Notes: generated by a model from the letters alone, not told the origin. 64,000 nt of DNA from a virus (IMGVR_UViG_3300037722_000240:13678-77677); one strand, 5' to 3'; positions 8,004 to 17,618 are shown, counted from the first letter of the stretch. Numbers and translations are program-made.

Positions 8004-8743
8004 GGAGTCAACCTCACAACGTTGCCGAGTCAATTTAGAACGGAAGTTCTACAGGAAATCAACCTCAGCGAGTCGCGCTTGTCCGCGTCCGCCAGCAGTC
8101 GGCCATTGCAAAATGGCCTCCGCGTTTGAGACAAAGGCCGCGAGAATTCCCAAGAAAGCGGCCGCGGGATATTCGACAGACTCGCCGTTGGCGCCAGTTA
8201 GAGTCAGACTCTGGATTGTGTATCCTGACTCTTGTATGGCGTTATTCAGCAGCAAACCTTTGAGGGTTGACTCTGCTGAGCGACGAGTCGGGCTTGGCAG
8301 TTGGCCGCTTGCAATGCTGAGAGCGAAGTAGCTCAGCACTTGAAACGCCTCAGCGACCGCGTTTGATTCGGAAACTTGACGCGTCGCGTATGCGTGACGA
8401 ATTGCTGGAGCATTGCGCCTTAACTCGCGGCCGTTCGCGTCGCGTGCGGGTTGCCAAGCCTCCAGCACAACCTCGCGACTTTCCTTGCCAACACTCCAGA
8501 CAACCCTACCGCTGACCGTCCGATTACCGAAGGTCTGAGTTGTCGCATTGGTCATTGGAGCCTTGCTGTTGTCGTTCGGCTCACGCCTCCGACTGAAGTC
8601 GCGAATGACAGACTCGAAACTTGCCAGAATGTTAAAGCATACCGCAACAAGTGCGACATTGGCCTTAACGCTGGCGTTAACCTTTACTTGTTTCTTTGCC
8701 ATCGTAACAGATTCCTTAATGTTGACGTTGTGAGGTTGACTCC
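8004..8743. repeat. perfect 19-bp inverted repeat pair (8004-8022 / 8725-8743) flanking ORF 8049..8702
   Basis: GGAGTCAACCTCACAACGT and its reverse complement. Confidence 0.85.
8049..8702 (-). CDS. hypothetical protein in GC-rich island
   Basis: 217 aa; TAAGGA RBS. Confidence 0.75.
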   Translation of the reverse strand: MAKKQVKVNASVKANVALVAVCFNILASFESVIRDFSRRREPNDNSKAPMTNATTQTFGNRTVSGRVVWSVGKESREVVLEAWQPARDANGRELRRNAPAIRHAYATRQVSESNAVAEAFQVLSYFALSIASGQLPSPTRRSAESTLKGLLLNNAIQESGYTIQSLTLTGANGESVEYPAAAFLGILAAFVSNAEAILQWPTAGGRGQARLAEVDFL

Positions 8744-9031
8744 TAGGAGTCTACAATCTCGCGAGATTGTAGACTAACTCTTCACTAGCAAAACAAGAAT
8801 TTGATACTGGACTTTGTCTAGCATAGCTCGATACCGTCTAGCTTCGTTCGATTCGAATTGTGCTAGGCCTCGAGTCGCGTAGTGCATCGCGTAACGATTC
8901 GCAGACGATTGATGACTCTCGATAAGATTCAACAAGCGGCCGCGACGTGCCTTAAGTTCGTCAAGCTCCACACTCTTTAACATTGGTAACTCCTTAAGGT
9001 TGTGGATTGTAGACTCTTAGGAGTCAACCTC
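8732..9031. repeat. 27-bp inverted repeat pair (8732-8758 / 9005-9031, 26/27 match) flanking ORF 8774..8983
   Basis: GAGGTTGACTCCTAGGAGTCTACAATC versus GATTGTAGACTCTTAGGAGTCAACCTC. Confidence 0.85.
8774..8983 (-). CDS. hypothetical basic helical protein in GC-rich island
   Basis: 69 aa; TAAGGAG RBS. Confidence 0.65.
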   Translation of the reverse strand: MLKSVELDELKARRGRLLNLIESHQSSANRYAMHYATRGLAQFESNEARRYRAMLDKVQYQILVLLVKS

Positions 9032-9392
9032 TTCGCGTGCACGCGTCCACGCGTACACAGTTCGATTGTCTGAGGGATAAACTCTCGCCGCCTATTCGAG
9101 TCCTTTGCAGAATCTCGCGGAGGGCATATTGGAGTCTATCATGTTAACGTGCTACCACTAGTCTATCACACATTCTATATGAATAGGGTCACGGTAATCT
9201 TAAAATATTCAAACTCGATACCAGACCTCCGGCATTGATTGCTTTAAGGTTAGACTTGACCCAATGTTAAAGGAATGGAACCCCGCCCAATTACTGAAAA
9301 AAATGTCACTGGTTCTGGGCCAGATGGCGGCTGTGTACCCCAATGACAATGAAGGACCTTTTATTATCGGTATCGGATTGTGCCAATAAATG

Positions 9393-9418
9393 AAAAAGCC
9401 CCCTAAATAAAGGAGGCT
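9393..9418 (-). terminator. intrinsic terminator ending the late operon
   Basis: minus strand AGCCTCCT-TTATTT-AGGGGGCT then a T run. Confidence 0.7.
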
Positions 9419-9594
9419 GTTGTAATATTGTATATAAAATACTAAGCTTATCGGAACAGTAGTATAAGTATTACATGATAGTAGAATATAAAACTAAAGG
9501 AAAGGCTAATCAAAGTTGATATTAATCCTATATAATGTGCTCAATATTCTTGGCATAATATATTGCTATACATCTACTACTACCTTTAAAGGGT

Positions 9595-9786
9595 TTAAAC
9601 TGCACCTGGGTCACTGGGGCGGCCCACAGAAGCTAAATGGTACTGATTATCCGTCGCATATTCCTCTGCATCCTCTTTAGTATCAAAAGAAAGCATATAT
9701 TCGCCGTCATATAGAACATCTTTTCTATTAACATACTGTAGCACCCAGCCCCATTTTTCATTGATGTATACAGGAGTTAGTTTCAT
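9595..9786 (-). CDS. hypothetical protein
   Basis: 63 aa ORF after the lysis genes. Confidence 0.55.
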   Translation of the reverse strand: MKLTPVYINEKWGWVLQYVNRKDVLYDGEYMLSFDTKEDAEEYATDNQYHLASVGRPSDPGAV

Positions 9787-9837
9787 AGCACAGCCTATTG
9801 TACAGCGTATTGAGGGTAGAATGAGGGGACTTTAGTT

Positions 9838-10059
9838 TTAAGCGCCATCAGCGGTAGATGGGCGGTCAGTAAGGTGTACATGATAATTACCTCTTACAAT
9901 TACACTATCAGTACCAGACCACTGTGGAGTATATGGATAATACACCCAATTATTATAGGACTGACGCCACTCTTTACCGCATACCCTACAATAACACACA
10001 TCACATACAGCACAGTAATCTACTGAATGTTTACAAACAACATGATTATGCTTATTCAT
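9838..10059 (-). CDS. small Cys/His-rich protein
   Basis: CKH, CAVCDVCYCRVC; GGAGAGG RBS. Confidence 0.65.
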   Translation of the reverse strand: MNKHNHVVCKHSVDYCAVCDVCYCRVCGKEWRQSYNNWVYYPYTPQWSGTDSVIVRGNYHVHLTDRPSTADGA

Positions 10060-10079
10060 TTCTTCCTCTCCTATAATAA

Positions 10080-10430
10080 TTAGATACCGAATATCCGCAG
10101 AATAAATGTAATAATACCAATACCAAGAGCAATTATCGACATCAAATTAGCACGGTTAACAGATTCTTGGTCGGCTTTGCCCGATGCTATATCCGAAAGG
10201 GCCTCTAACTTATTTATTCTATTTCCTAATTGTTCTATATCCGCCTTGGTTCCCATAGTTGCCTGCTGGTCTTTTATAGTTTCACGAAACTCATTCATCC
10301 CCTCTAGTCGGGTATTAATAGTTTGCTCAGCTTTGTCAACAGCCCGTTGAATATCTAAAAATCTTTGGTTAAAATGCTCCTTTAGAGAAACCCCGTCTTT
10401 ATGAGTAAATTGGTCATTACCTTTAGTCAT
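10080..10430 (-). CDS. holin-like membrane protein
   Basis: coiled coil plus C-terminal TM helix; directly after the endolysin. Confidence 0.55.
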   Translation of the reverse strand: MTKGNDQFTHKDGVSLKEHFNQRFLDIQRAVDKAEQTINTRLEGMNEFRETIKDQQATMGTKADIEQLGNRINKLEALSDIASGKADQESVNRANLMSIIALGIGIITFILRIFGI

Positions 10431-11194
10431 TATACTTTTGCCTCAATGCTGTCTACTGCGCTACGAATTTGTTCTAACTCAGATACAACGTCAATATCAG
10501 ATGGAGGTTGTGGAGGAGACGGAGTTACAAATAAATTAAAGTACCATTCCTGCATTCTATCCATGTCAATATCATAGCTACTTACTCCATGAGCATGGCC
10601 TTTTCTATTTCCATCAGCTTCCCATTGCCAATTTATGAATTGGTCCTCAGCAGGTATAGCAATACCTCCAGAGGTCTTTTCCCAACCAATAGGTACATAT
10701 ACAGGCATAAGTTCATTGGTGTAATTAGCTACAAATAAATCCCAGTCATGTATCCAACCAGGTTTTATACTATAGAAGTCCTGCCATACAAACTTGGCTG
10801 TATAGATGGCCGGCATACGTACGCCTGTCCACCAAGACTTCAATAGATATAGAAATTTTAGAACTTCTCCTAGGGCTTGACTCTTAGTAACACTATGTTT
10901 ATGCTCTACGTCTAATACTGGTGGAAAGGTCAAGTCTGGTGGTTGAATTCCTTCAATCATCTTAGAAAACTGTTTTTCTACATTGTATCCAGCATAAAAA
11001 TAATGATAAATTCCAAAAGGGAGTCCTTCTGTCTTAGCGCCGTCAAAATTGTCCCAAAATCTTAGGTCACTATAGTATCCAATACTTTTTCTACAATAGA
11101 CAAACTCTGAACCAGCACTTCTCATGGTTTTGAAATTAACGTCCCCCTGATGAGCACTTATATCGTTTCCATTTATCCAATTCACTATACACAC
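10430..11194 (-). CDS. GH25 family endolysin (muramidase)
   Basis: DISAHQG, GIYHYF, PPVLDVE, IYT, WQW...DIDMD motifs. Confidence 0.9.
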   Translation of the reverse strand: MCIVNWINGNDISAHQGDVNFKTMRSAGSEFVYCRKSIGYYSDLRFWDNFDGAKTEGLPFGIYHYFYAGYNVEKQFSKMIEGIQPPDLTFPPVLDVEHKHSVTKSQALGEVLKFLYLLKSWWTGVRMPAIYTAKFVWQDFYSIKPGWIHDWDLFVANYTNELMPVYVPIGWEKTSGGIAIPAEDQFINWQWEADGNRKGHAHGVSSYDIDMDRMQEWYFNLFVTPSPPQPPSDIDVVSELEQIRSAVDSIEAKV

Positions 11195-11197
11195 TCC

Positions 11198-11542
11198 TTA
11201 ACTTGTACTGCCTAGAGGAGAATCTACTTTAAATCTATATTTTGTACTATAGAAGTCCTGTCCTACGGATGTTAGTTTTACCTGTAACTGGTACTGACCT
11301 TTCAGGGTAAACACGTTATCATCTTCTGTTATAGTATAAACCAAAGAACCGTCTATACCATCTGTTTCAAACTCTGGAGTAATATTTACTACAGTTCCAT
11401 TAGGGCGTTCAAATTTATATAACAAAGTAGAAAATCCCGATATATCGGCTACTTCCCACGCACTAGTATCATAATTATAATCTTCCATAATTACTTTTAC
11501 TAGATAACCATAGCTTGTTTTATATACTACCTCTATTGTCAT
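11198..11542 (-). CDS. BppU-like baseplate/fibre Ig-like protein
   Basis: FERPNGT...DGSLVYT...GQYQLQVKL...FKV pattern. Confidence 0.55.
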   Translation of the reverse strand: MTIEVVYKTSYGYLVKVIMEDYNYDTSAWEVADISGFSTLLYKFERPNGTVVNITPEFETDGIDGSLVYTITEDDNVFTLKGQYQLQVKLTSVGQDFYSTKYRFKVDSPLGSTS

Positions 11543-11543
11543 T

Positions 11544-13445
11544 TTACATCCTCAATGTTTTTCTTATTTCTGATGTTATTCTTTGTACAGTTTGTAAAAC
11601 TGGTGTAATTCTAGCTGTATATTGTATACCAGCATTATAACGTAATGTTGCTCTTATTTCATTAACTTTTGCTATAGAAATTGTCTTTATTCCGCTTATA
11701 ACATCTGATATAGTAACATCATCTGAAAGTAGAATAGCAATTATAGCAGGTACAATGCCATTTGCTGTATCTGTTATTCCAACTGCGTCAGTAATTGTCA
11801 AAAAAAGATGTCTAGTTATTGATACGATATCAGATATAGATATACTATCCACTAGAGTTATAATATGCTGTACTGTTCTTGAAATAACATCTGATATAAT
11901 TACTGTATTCTGAATTATTCTTCTATAATCAATAGCTCTAGATAAGGTATCTGTAATTGCAACACTATCAGAAATTAATACAGATAATGCTGTCTTTAAA
12001 TAGTCTAGAACATCTGTAATTCCCACCGCATCAGCAATTAATATAATTAACTGTCTAATTGACAATACAGTATCAGAAACAGATATATTATCTACTAATG
12101 CTACTACATAGTTTATAGCTCTGAAAATAGCATCAGAAAGAGTTACTGTATCTTGAATAGACCTTCTATATTCTACTGCTCTTGAAAAAACGTCTGTTAT
12201 ATCTACACCATTAGAAATTAATATAGCCACTGCTTTTATATAGCTCAGACTGTCTGTAATACCTACTGCATCCGCAATAGCAATAAAAACTACTTTGCTT
12301 GCAATTATAATATCTGTTATACCTACCCCATTTTGTAAAGTTCTAAATATCCCCCTAGCAGTAGTCAAATTATCTGTTATCCCTAAAACATTTTGAATTG
12401 TTTTGGCAAGTGTTCTAGATTCAGCTAGACTGTCAGTTATACCTATAGCATTGACTATATTCACAACTACAGACTTGAAAAAGTCTAAGGTATCAGTAAT
12501 TCCTATATTATCAGATATGTTTATAAGAAGCTGTTTAGCAGATGTTAAAATATCAGTTATTGTTAAAGAATCTTCGACTATTCTATTATACGAGACATTT
12601 CTAGATAAAATATCTGTAATTCCCACCGTATTTACTATTAGTATTGATTTTCCTAGTATAATATTTATAATATCAGTAATTCCTATAGATTCTGATATTA
12701 AAATATTTCTTCCTACAGAGGTAGAAAGTATATCGGTTATATCCAAAGAATCAGTTATAGTAGCAAAAAAGTTATCGCCGCCGCCAGCTACCGCCGCGAT
12801 TCCGATTGCAACACCTATAACATCGTCGGTACTGGCCGATGAAAGGTTGCTCCAGCCTGTTGTACTGTCAGCACTGGCGAGGTCATGTTGAACTTGAAGT
12901 GCCCACTCATTACCGCCAGCCACAAGCTGAACTTCATCGTCCTCGGTGAAATTGGCGTCAGGCGTGATACCCGTATTGCTGGCTCCGTCCAAGACACCGG
13001 CCAGCACAGTTGTATCGGTAGCAGGGGTTGCGTGGGTTAGCGTAAGCGTTGAAACAAATCCGCCCGTGGAATCAAAGAAGAAGTCAAAGTCTACGGGAGT
13101 ACCTCCATCGTAGTTTGTGACTTCGTATACTGCGATCCACTTGAGACGACTGTTCACGGCAAATGTTGCAGTGACGGCCCCGGAGCCGGGGGTTGCTCCG
13201 AGGACCGCCCTGCCAGCGGCTAATACAGCACCTTTGCCGCCCTGAGACCCAACGCGAGAATCGGTTGTCCAAGAGCCGGAACCAGTAAAGGAGTCCACAA
13301 TGGACGACAAATCAACCAAGTTGGCATTAGCTGCTGCCGTTATCACGACAAGAAGAGCATCAGCCGCTGGACTGATTGTACCAGAACTTATGTTGTTAGT
13401 ATTTGCAGAATCAGTGACAAGGGTGAGCAAGGTTATGGATGGCAC
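11544..13445 (-). CDS. tail fibre/spike-like protein with about 18 x 20-aa repeats
   Basis: repeats of consensus DxVGITD; GC-rich N-terminal domain of about 220 aa. Confidence 0.75.
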   Translation of the reverse strand: MPSITLLTLVTDSANTNNISSGTISPAADALLVVITAAANANLVDLSSIVDSFTGSGSWTTDSRVGSQGGKGAVLAAGRAVLGATPGSGAVTATFAVNSRLKWIAVYEVTNYDGGTPVDFDFFFDSTGGFVSTLTLTHATPATDTTVLAGVLDGASNTGITPDANFTEDDEVQLVAGGNEWALQVQHDLASADSTTGWSNLSSASTDDVIGVAIGIAAVAGGGDNFFATITDSLDITDILSTSVGRNILISESIGITDIINIILGKSILIVNTVGITDILSRNVSYNRIVEDSLTITDILTSAKQLLINISDNIGITDTLDFFKSVVVNIVNAIGITDSLAESRTLAKTIQNVLGITDNLTTARGIFRTLQNGVGITDIIIASKVVFIAIADAVGITDSLSYIKAVAILISNGVDITDVFSRAVEYRRSIQDTVTLSDAIFRAINYVVALVDNISVSDTVLSIRQLIILIADAVGITDVLDYLKTALSVLISDSVAITDTLSRAIDYRRIIQNTVIISDVISRTVQHIITLVDSISISDIVSITRHLFLTITDAVGITDTANGIVPAIIAILLSDDVTISDVISGIKTISIAKVNEIRATLRYNAGIQYTARITPVLQTVQRITSEIRKTLRM

Positions 13446-13454
13446 TGGAAAATC

Positions 13455-14144
13455 TTACTCCACGCTCAACTGAAAGCCACCAAACAGGAAGGCGTCATCC
13501 GGGTCTACCATATGACCATGAATCTCAAGTCGGTAAGCCGTGTATGCCTCTTCAACCGGAATGACGTACTGAAAAACGGCCGGAGGGCCGACGAAACTAC
13601 ACTTGCCCGTACCGAACGGGCTCTCTACTCCGGGGCGGTGGAACACCATTATCCATGGCTCATCCCAATCGACCTGTCCATAGACCGTAACCTCAGCCAC
13701 GCCTTCATGCATATGGTGAGCCTCTATCATGCGAAGAACAATCGTACTGTGGCTTCCAGATACGGCCACGTCTTGCCATAGCCAGTCCTCGCCACCGATG
13801 GGCCAATCATCAAGACCGGCTATATCACGGTCCATCTGGGCATAACTTGTGCCGGTTGGTTCACAGACCAGTGGCCGATGGACCGTCCAGTGCCCATTCA
13901 CGAACTGCCAGCCATCGAAACCCTCCTCGAAGTCTCCATTGATGAGCAGGTTTTCACCGGATGGTGGCGGAACGGTCGGCGTTGGGTCTGTACCCCCTGG
14001 CGTTGGAACTAGCGGCGTATTACTAGCCGTTGGACGCACGCGGGGTGTTGCTGTGGGCGTTTCAGTCCGTTGAGGCATGGCCCCACTACAGGCAACCAAC
14101 AGCCCCAAAAGAAGTACCAACAGAATGTATTTCAAGTAATTCAT
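13455..14144 (-). CDS. lipoprotein with Pro/Thr linker and CBM4/9-like domain
   Basis: AGGAGG RBS; lipobox LLVAC; TPTATP linker; NLLINGDFEEG..GW. Confidence 0.75.
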   Translation of the reverse strand: MNYLKYILLVLLLGLLVACSGAMPQRTETPTATPRVRPTASNTPLVPTPGGTDPTPTVPPPSGENLLINGDFEEGFDGWQFVNGHWTVHRPLVCEPTGTSYAQMDRDIAGLDDWPIGGEDWLWQDVAVSGSHSTIVLRMIEAHHMHEGVAEVTVYGQVDWDEPWIMVFHRPGVESPFGTGKCSFVGPPAVFQYVIPVEEAYTAYRLEIHGHMVDPDDAFLFGGFQLSVE

Positions 14145-14158
14145 TTCGGCATATCCTC

Positions 14159-15511
14159 CTAGTTGCTTGGGCCAATCCATCCGGATGGCACGGCACCGGC
14201 GTCAAGCTCATTACATACCTGTCCGCCACAGAAATAGATATCCCGTTCCGGCGTGTTCGGCGGGTCGAAGGCGTTGCCCAGGATGCTTGTACCAAAGGCT
14301 TTTCCATAGCGACCAGTGAATGCCGACACTAGCTTGATTGGGTGGCAGTCCGGCCCCGGTGCCGTACAAGATTGGTTCAAGTCACCGAAGCGCGTAACGA
14401 AGCCCTCCGCCGTGATGCGTCCTACTCGTGGGTCCATATCGAATCCTTCCAAGTTATCCCATGCCACCGGTATTTCACCCACAATTTCATGGACCGTGGT
14501 TGTCGAGTTGTTGTATTTGCACCCCGGAACCGGCGAGAACGTCAGACCCCCATCTTCCGAGCACAGCCAGCGGAAGGTGAATGGGTAGGTCAGGTCGCCG
14601 GAGTCAAGCACCTGATAGATGTCACGCGCTCTGAATAGCAGGGCGAACAGCTCGCTACCGCTGTCGATGTTCACCGGCTCGCTGATCCATGTCGTGTTGG
14701 CTCTTCGCTGACCGGCGACAAAGGATGCGTAGGTCGGATAACGGTCGCACTTCGGCTCTGGGCCGAAGCAGTCCACGGTGAAGTACGGCTCACGCGGTGA
14801 GGCATATGCCGGTAGCGGGGTGTCCGGATATTGAAGGACGGTTCCCTGGTAGGGACTGGTGCGCTGGCCGTAGTCCTGAAGCTGGTTGGCGAAGATGTAG
14901 CCATAGTCAGTGGGGTCGTCTGTTCTGCATTGACGTAGCAGTCCTACCGCACTGTGCAGTCTAGCCTCGAACTCGATGCTGTAGTCCCCGAAGCCATGAT
15001 ACTGGATAACAGCGGCGTCCACGCCGGTTGGGACTCCCTCCCGTCCGGTACAGCCGGTCGCGCTGGTTAGGTTGACATCCCACTTAAGTCCGCCGTGCTT
15101 GTGGGTGTTCTCTAGCGGGCTTGATGGGTTTGTATGACCTACACTCACGCCACCAATTAGTGCCCTCAGGTCGAAACCTGGGAAGGCTTCGGCTACCTCG
15201 TCTGTAAACGGATATGTACCATGTTCATGGTCATAGCGGCAGCCTTGTGCACTGTCCCAGACTGTGTGGAACACGTTGTAGTCGTGGTCTGCAATAGCGT
15301 TAGCACACAGCGGGGCATCGGGGAATGGCTCGATTGGATCGCCCGGCTCGTCTGTTGGTGTGACACCCGGCGTATCAGTTGGAAAAGGAGTGATAGGTAA
15401 GTCCGTAGCCGTTGGTGGCGCTACGGTTGCAGTTGGCGGTGGTGTCGGCACAGGCGCACAGGCGCTCAATAATAGTATAGCCAATACAGAACTAACTATA
15501 AATTGTTTCAT
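14159..15511 (-). CDS. lipoprotein with Pro/Thr linker and His/Cys-containing globular domain
   Basis: lipobox LLSAC; PT-rich linker; DHEHG and HKHGG motifs. Confidence 0.75.
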   Translation of the reverse strand: MKQFIVSSVLAILLLSACAPVPTPPPTATVAPPTATDLPITPFPTDTPGVTPTDEPGDPIEPFPDAPLCANAIADHDYNVFHTVWDSAQGCRYDHEHGTYPFTDEVAEAFPGFDLRALIGGVSVGHTNPSSPLENTHKHGGLKWDVNLTSATGCTGREGVPTGVDAAVIQYHGFGDYSIEFEARLHSAVGLLRQCRTDDPTDYGYIFANQLQDYGQRTSPYQGTVLQYPDTPLPAYASPREPYFTVDCFGPEPKCDRYPTYASFVAGQRRANTTWISEPVNIDSGSELFALLFRARDIYQVLDSGDLTYPFTFRWLCSEDGGLTFSPVPGCKYNNSTTTVHEIVGEIPVAWDNLEGFDMDPRVGRITAEGFVTRFGDLNQSCTAPGPDCHPIKLVSAFTGRYGKAFGTSILGNAFDPPNTPERDIYFCGGQVCNELDAGAVPSGWIGPSN

Positions 15512-15533
15512 TTTATTCTCCTAATATAATCTA

Positions 15534-16076
15534 TTACGAACCTAATAGTGTAAGTTCCCAAGTAATAACTAAGGTGTCAGCAGTTAGTACATCTACAGCG
15601 GGGCTGATTTCAGCATAGGCTAGAGTATCAGTTCCATTTCCTAGAAGTGCTTCATCAATACCTGTTGAGTTTAAATCACCGGCTTCAAATGTAGATTTGT
15701 AAACAATAACATTATCATCAGTCGCGGCCCAATCACCCTTAGTTTGAGGATAGCCGGCATCCATAGCCTCATCTGCGCCAGTTTGAGTTACAAGCGCGTC
15801 GGTTGTTTTGGCTTCTGCTGTAAATCCTGTTCCAACTCCAATAACACCGTTGGCATTATCAACTTTGGTTCTTTCTGGTGTTTCTTGTAGAAGGTCAGCA
15901 ATTAGGGCATCGCCCTCATTTGTAACAATATTATGGTTTATAGAAACCATTGGTTTAGCTGGTATATTAAATAGTCTATCTAACCAAGTTCTTTTTCTAT
16001 TCTTTACTTGACCATCAGGACCATAAACAGTTGCATTAACTAAACCCTTGATTCCCAGATTGTTTTTTCTAATCAT
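15534..16076 (-). CDS. tail fibre-associated structural protein
   Basis: VTNEG...GVGTG...EALL...DTLVITWEL pattern common in phage fibre modules. Confidence 0.6.
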   Translation of the reverse strand: MIRKNNLGIKGLVNATVYGPDGQVKNRKRTWLDRLFNIPAKPMVSINHNIVTNEGDALIADLLQETPERTKVDNANGVIGVGTGFTAEAKTTDALVTQTGADEAMDAGYPQTKGDWAATDDNVIVYKSTFEAGDLNSTGIDEALLGNGTDTLAYAEISPAVDVLTADTLVITWELTLLGS

Positions 16077-16126
16077 TTTGTATCTCCTATTTATATTACT
16101 TCCCGTTTTGGGAAGTTTACTATACT

Positions 16127-16135
16127 ATTATACCA
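16127..16135 (-). promoter_or_regulatory. extended -10 promoter element inside the tail operon
   Basis: TGGTATAAT in the 85-bp gap; leader hairpin 16099-16115. Confidence 0.4.
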
Positions 16136-16160
16136 TTAATTTATATGTTTAAGCTAAATA

Positions 16161-17618
16161 TTACCCGTAAGGCCATACTACATAAACACTCCCTATATCT
16201 GGTACCCATCCCTGCCCTGTATCTAAAAATAAAGTAGTACCGTCAGGCTCATATAATTTAATTCTATCTATACCGCTAGATGTAAATGTTATATAATCTA
16301 CAGATAAATTTGTTCTTCTTTTTGTCTCTAATAAACTCGGTATATTATTATAAATTTCTCCTTTACATCCTACAGGAAAATTTGATATTATTAAAGAAGA
16401 TTCAGTAGTTCTTACACTAAATTCATGAATTCTCCACCAGTTTGCACTAGCTTTATGACATTGCATTTTTACATATCTTCCTGCACTAGATGAGATAAAA
16501 TTATCTGATTCATTAAATATATATTCTATCCAACCTCCAGTATATGCGGGAGGCGATGTTTCCCATTCTGCAACAAATTCCTCCTCGCCACCAAAAGCAC
16601 CAGTAGATGATAACCATATATTAAACCAATCATCTGGTACATCGCTAGAAGCAGAATCATTATAAATTCTAACAGCATCTATGGTTTTAGTACTTCCCAT
16701 ATCAAATACAATATAAGGCTCATCCTGTAAAGCATCAGCATAAGCAAAATCCGTTAGATTATCATTTATACTGTTTGCAGTATCATTCCATGTTGGAGCC
16801 CCAGTACCCCCTGTATCAAAGACAGAAAAATTATTACTTACCTCAGAAGATTCTAACCAACCTCCACCAGAAATAGTTGTATAAAACTTTAATGATGCAC
16901 TGCCTCCACCTATTCCTGAAATAGTAGTAAATTCTAGCCCATTCTCTGTACCATTTACTACTACAGCTCGCCCCGCTTGACCTGTATATGTTGATGGGGT
17001 ATCATCTAATCCTATAAAATCTAGTCCAGTATAAGTGCCATTAAAAGTTACTGCATCATCAAAAACAGCTCCACTATCAAATGTCAGTAATCCGGTAACA
17101 TTTCTACTACCAGTTACTAATAAATACTGAGTATGGTCGTCGTCTAACAGTCCAGTAAGAGCCCCGTGGTCTGTTACCCCCCCGCCTCCCCCACTACTTG
17201 CCGAAACAGTAATAGTAGCAGTACCTTCATTTAGTGTTGCTACAACTCCATCCCCTACAAAATTAAGAACTGTAGCATTTCCTAAGCTCGTCCCTTCATC
17301 AGCTATTCCTACAGGAATAATTCCGCTAGCAAGTTCTAGTAAATTTAATCTATATCTAATATGAGATAGATTATCATAAAGAGTTCCACTAGGAACATTT
17401 GTTTGAATTCCTAAATAAGCCGCCTCTGTAGTATCATATGCTACTCTCTGCTGAGGAAGATAACCAAAAGTACCGCCAATGGGAGTTCCACTACCTCCGC
17501 TAGTTCCTGGAATTCCCCCTAGATTTATAGGTGAACTCCACCATTTATTAAAGCGAGATACATCTCGCATGGTTTCGAGCAGTTCTTCTTGATAATTTCT
17601 TACAATTGTAGGGGGCAT
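16161..17618 (-). CDS. tail protein with C-terminal F5/8 type C (discoidin-like) domain
   Basis: PYIVFDMG..KTIDAVRIY...GRYVKM...WWRIHEF; Gly/Ser linkers. Confidence 0.7.
   Translation of the reverse strand: MPPTIVRNYQEELLETMRDVSRFNKWWSSPINLGGIPGTSGGSGTPIGGTFGYLPQQRVAYDTTEAAYLGIQTNVPSGTLYDNLSHIRYRLNLLELASGIIPVGIADEGTSLGNATVLNFVGDGVVATLNEGTATITVSASSGGGGGVTDHGALTGLLDDDHTQYLLVTGSRNVTGLLTFDSGAVFDDAVTFNGTYTGLDFIGLDDTPSTYTGQAGRAVVVNGTENGLEFTTISGIGGGSASLKFYTTISGGGWLESSEVSNNFSVFDTGGTGAPTWNDTANSINDNLTDFAYADALQDEPYIVFDMGSTKTIDAVRIYNDSASSDVPDDWFNIWLSSTGAFGGEEEFVAEWETSPPAYTGGWIEYIFNESDNFISSSAGRYVKMQCHKASANWWRIHEFSVRTTESSLIISNFPVGCKGEIYNNIPSLLETKRRTNLSVDYITFTSSGIDRIKLYEPDGTTLFLDTGQGWVPDIGSVYVVWPYG

Noticed and set aside
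8002-8777. Plus-strand ORFs 8002..8331, 8451..8777 and 8548..8733
   Set aside because: Antisense shadows of the RBS-supported minus-strand gene in GC-rich DNA
12403-14638. Plus-strand ORFs opposite the fibre and lipoprotein genes
   Set aside because: Antisense shadows without RBS or protein-like composition
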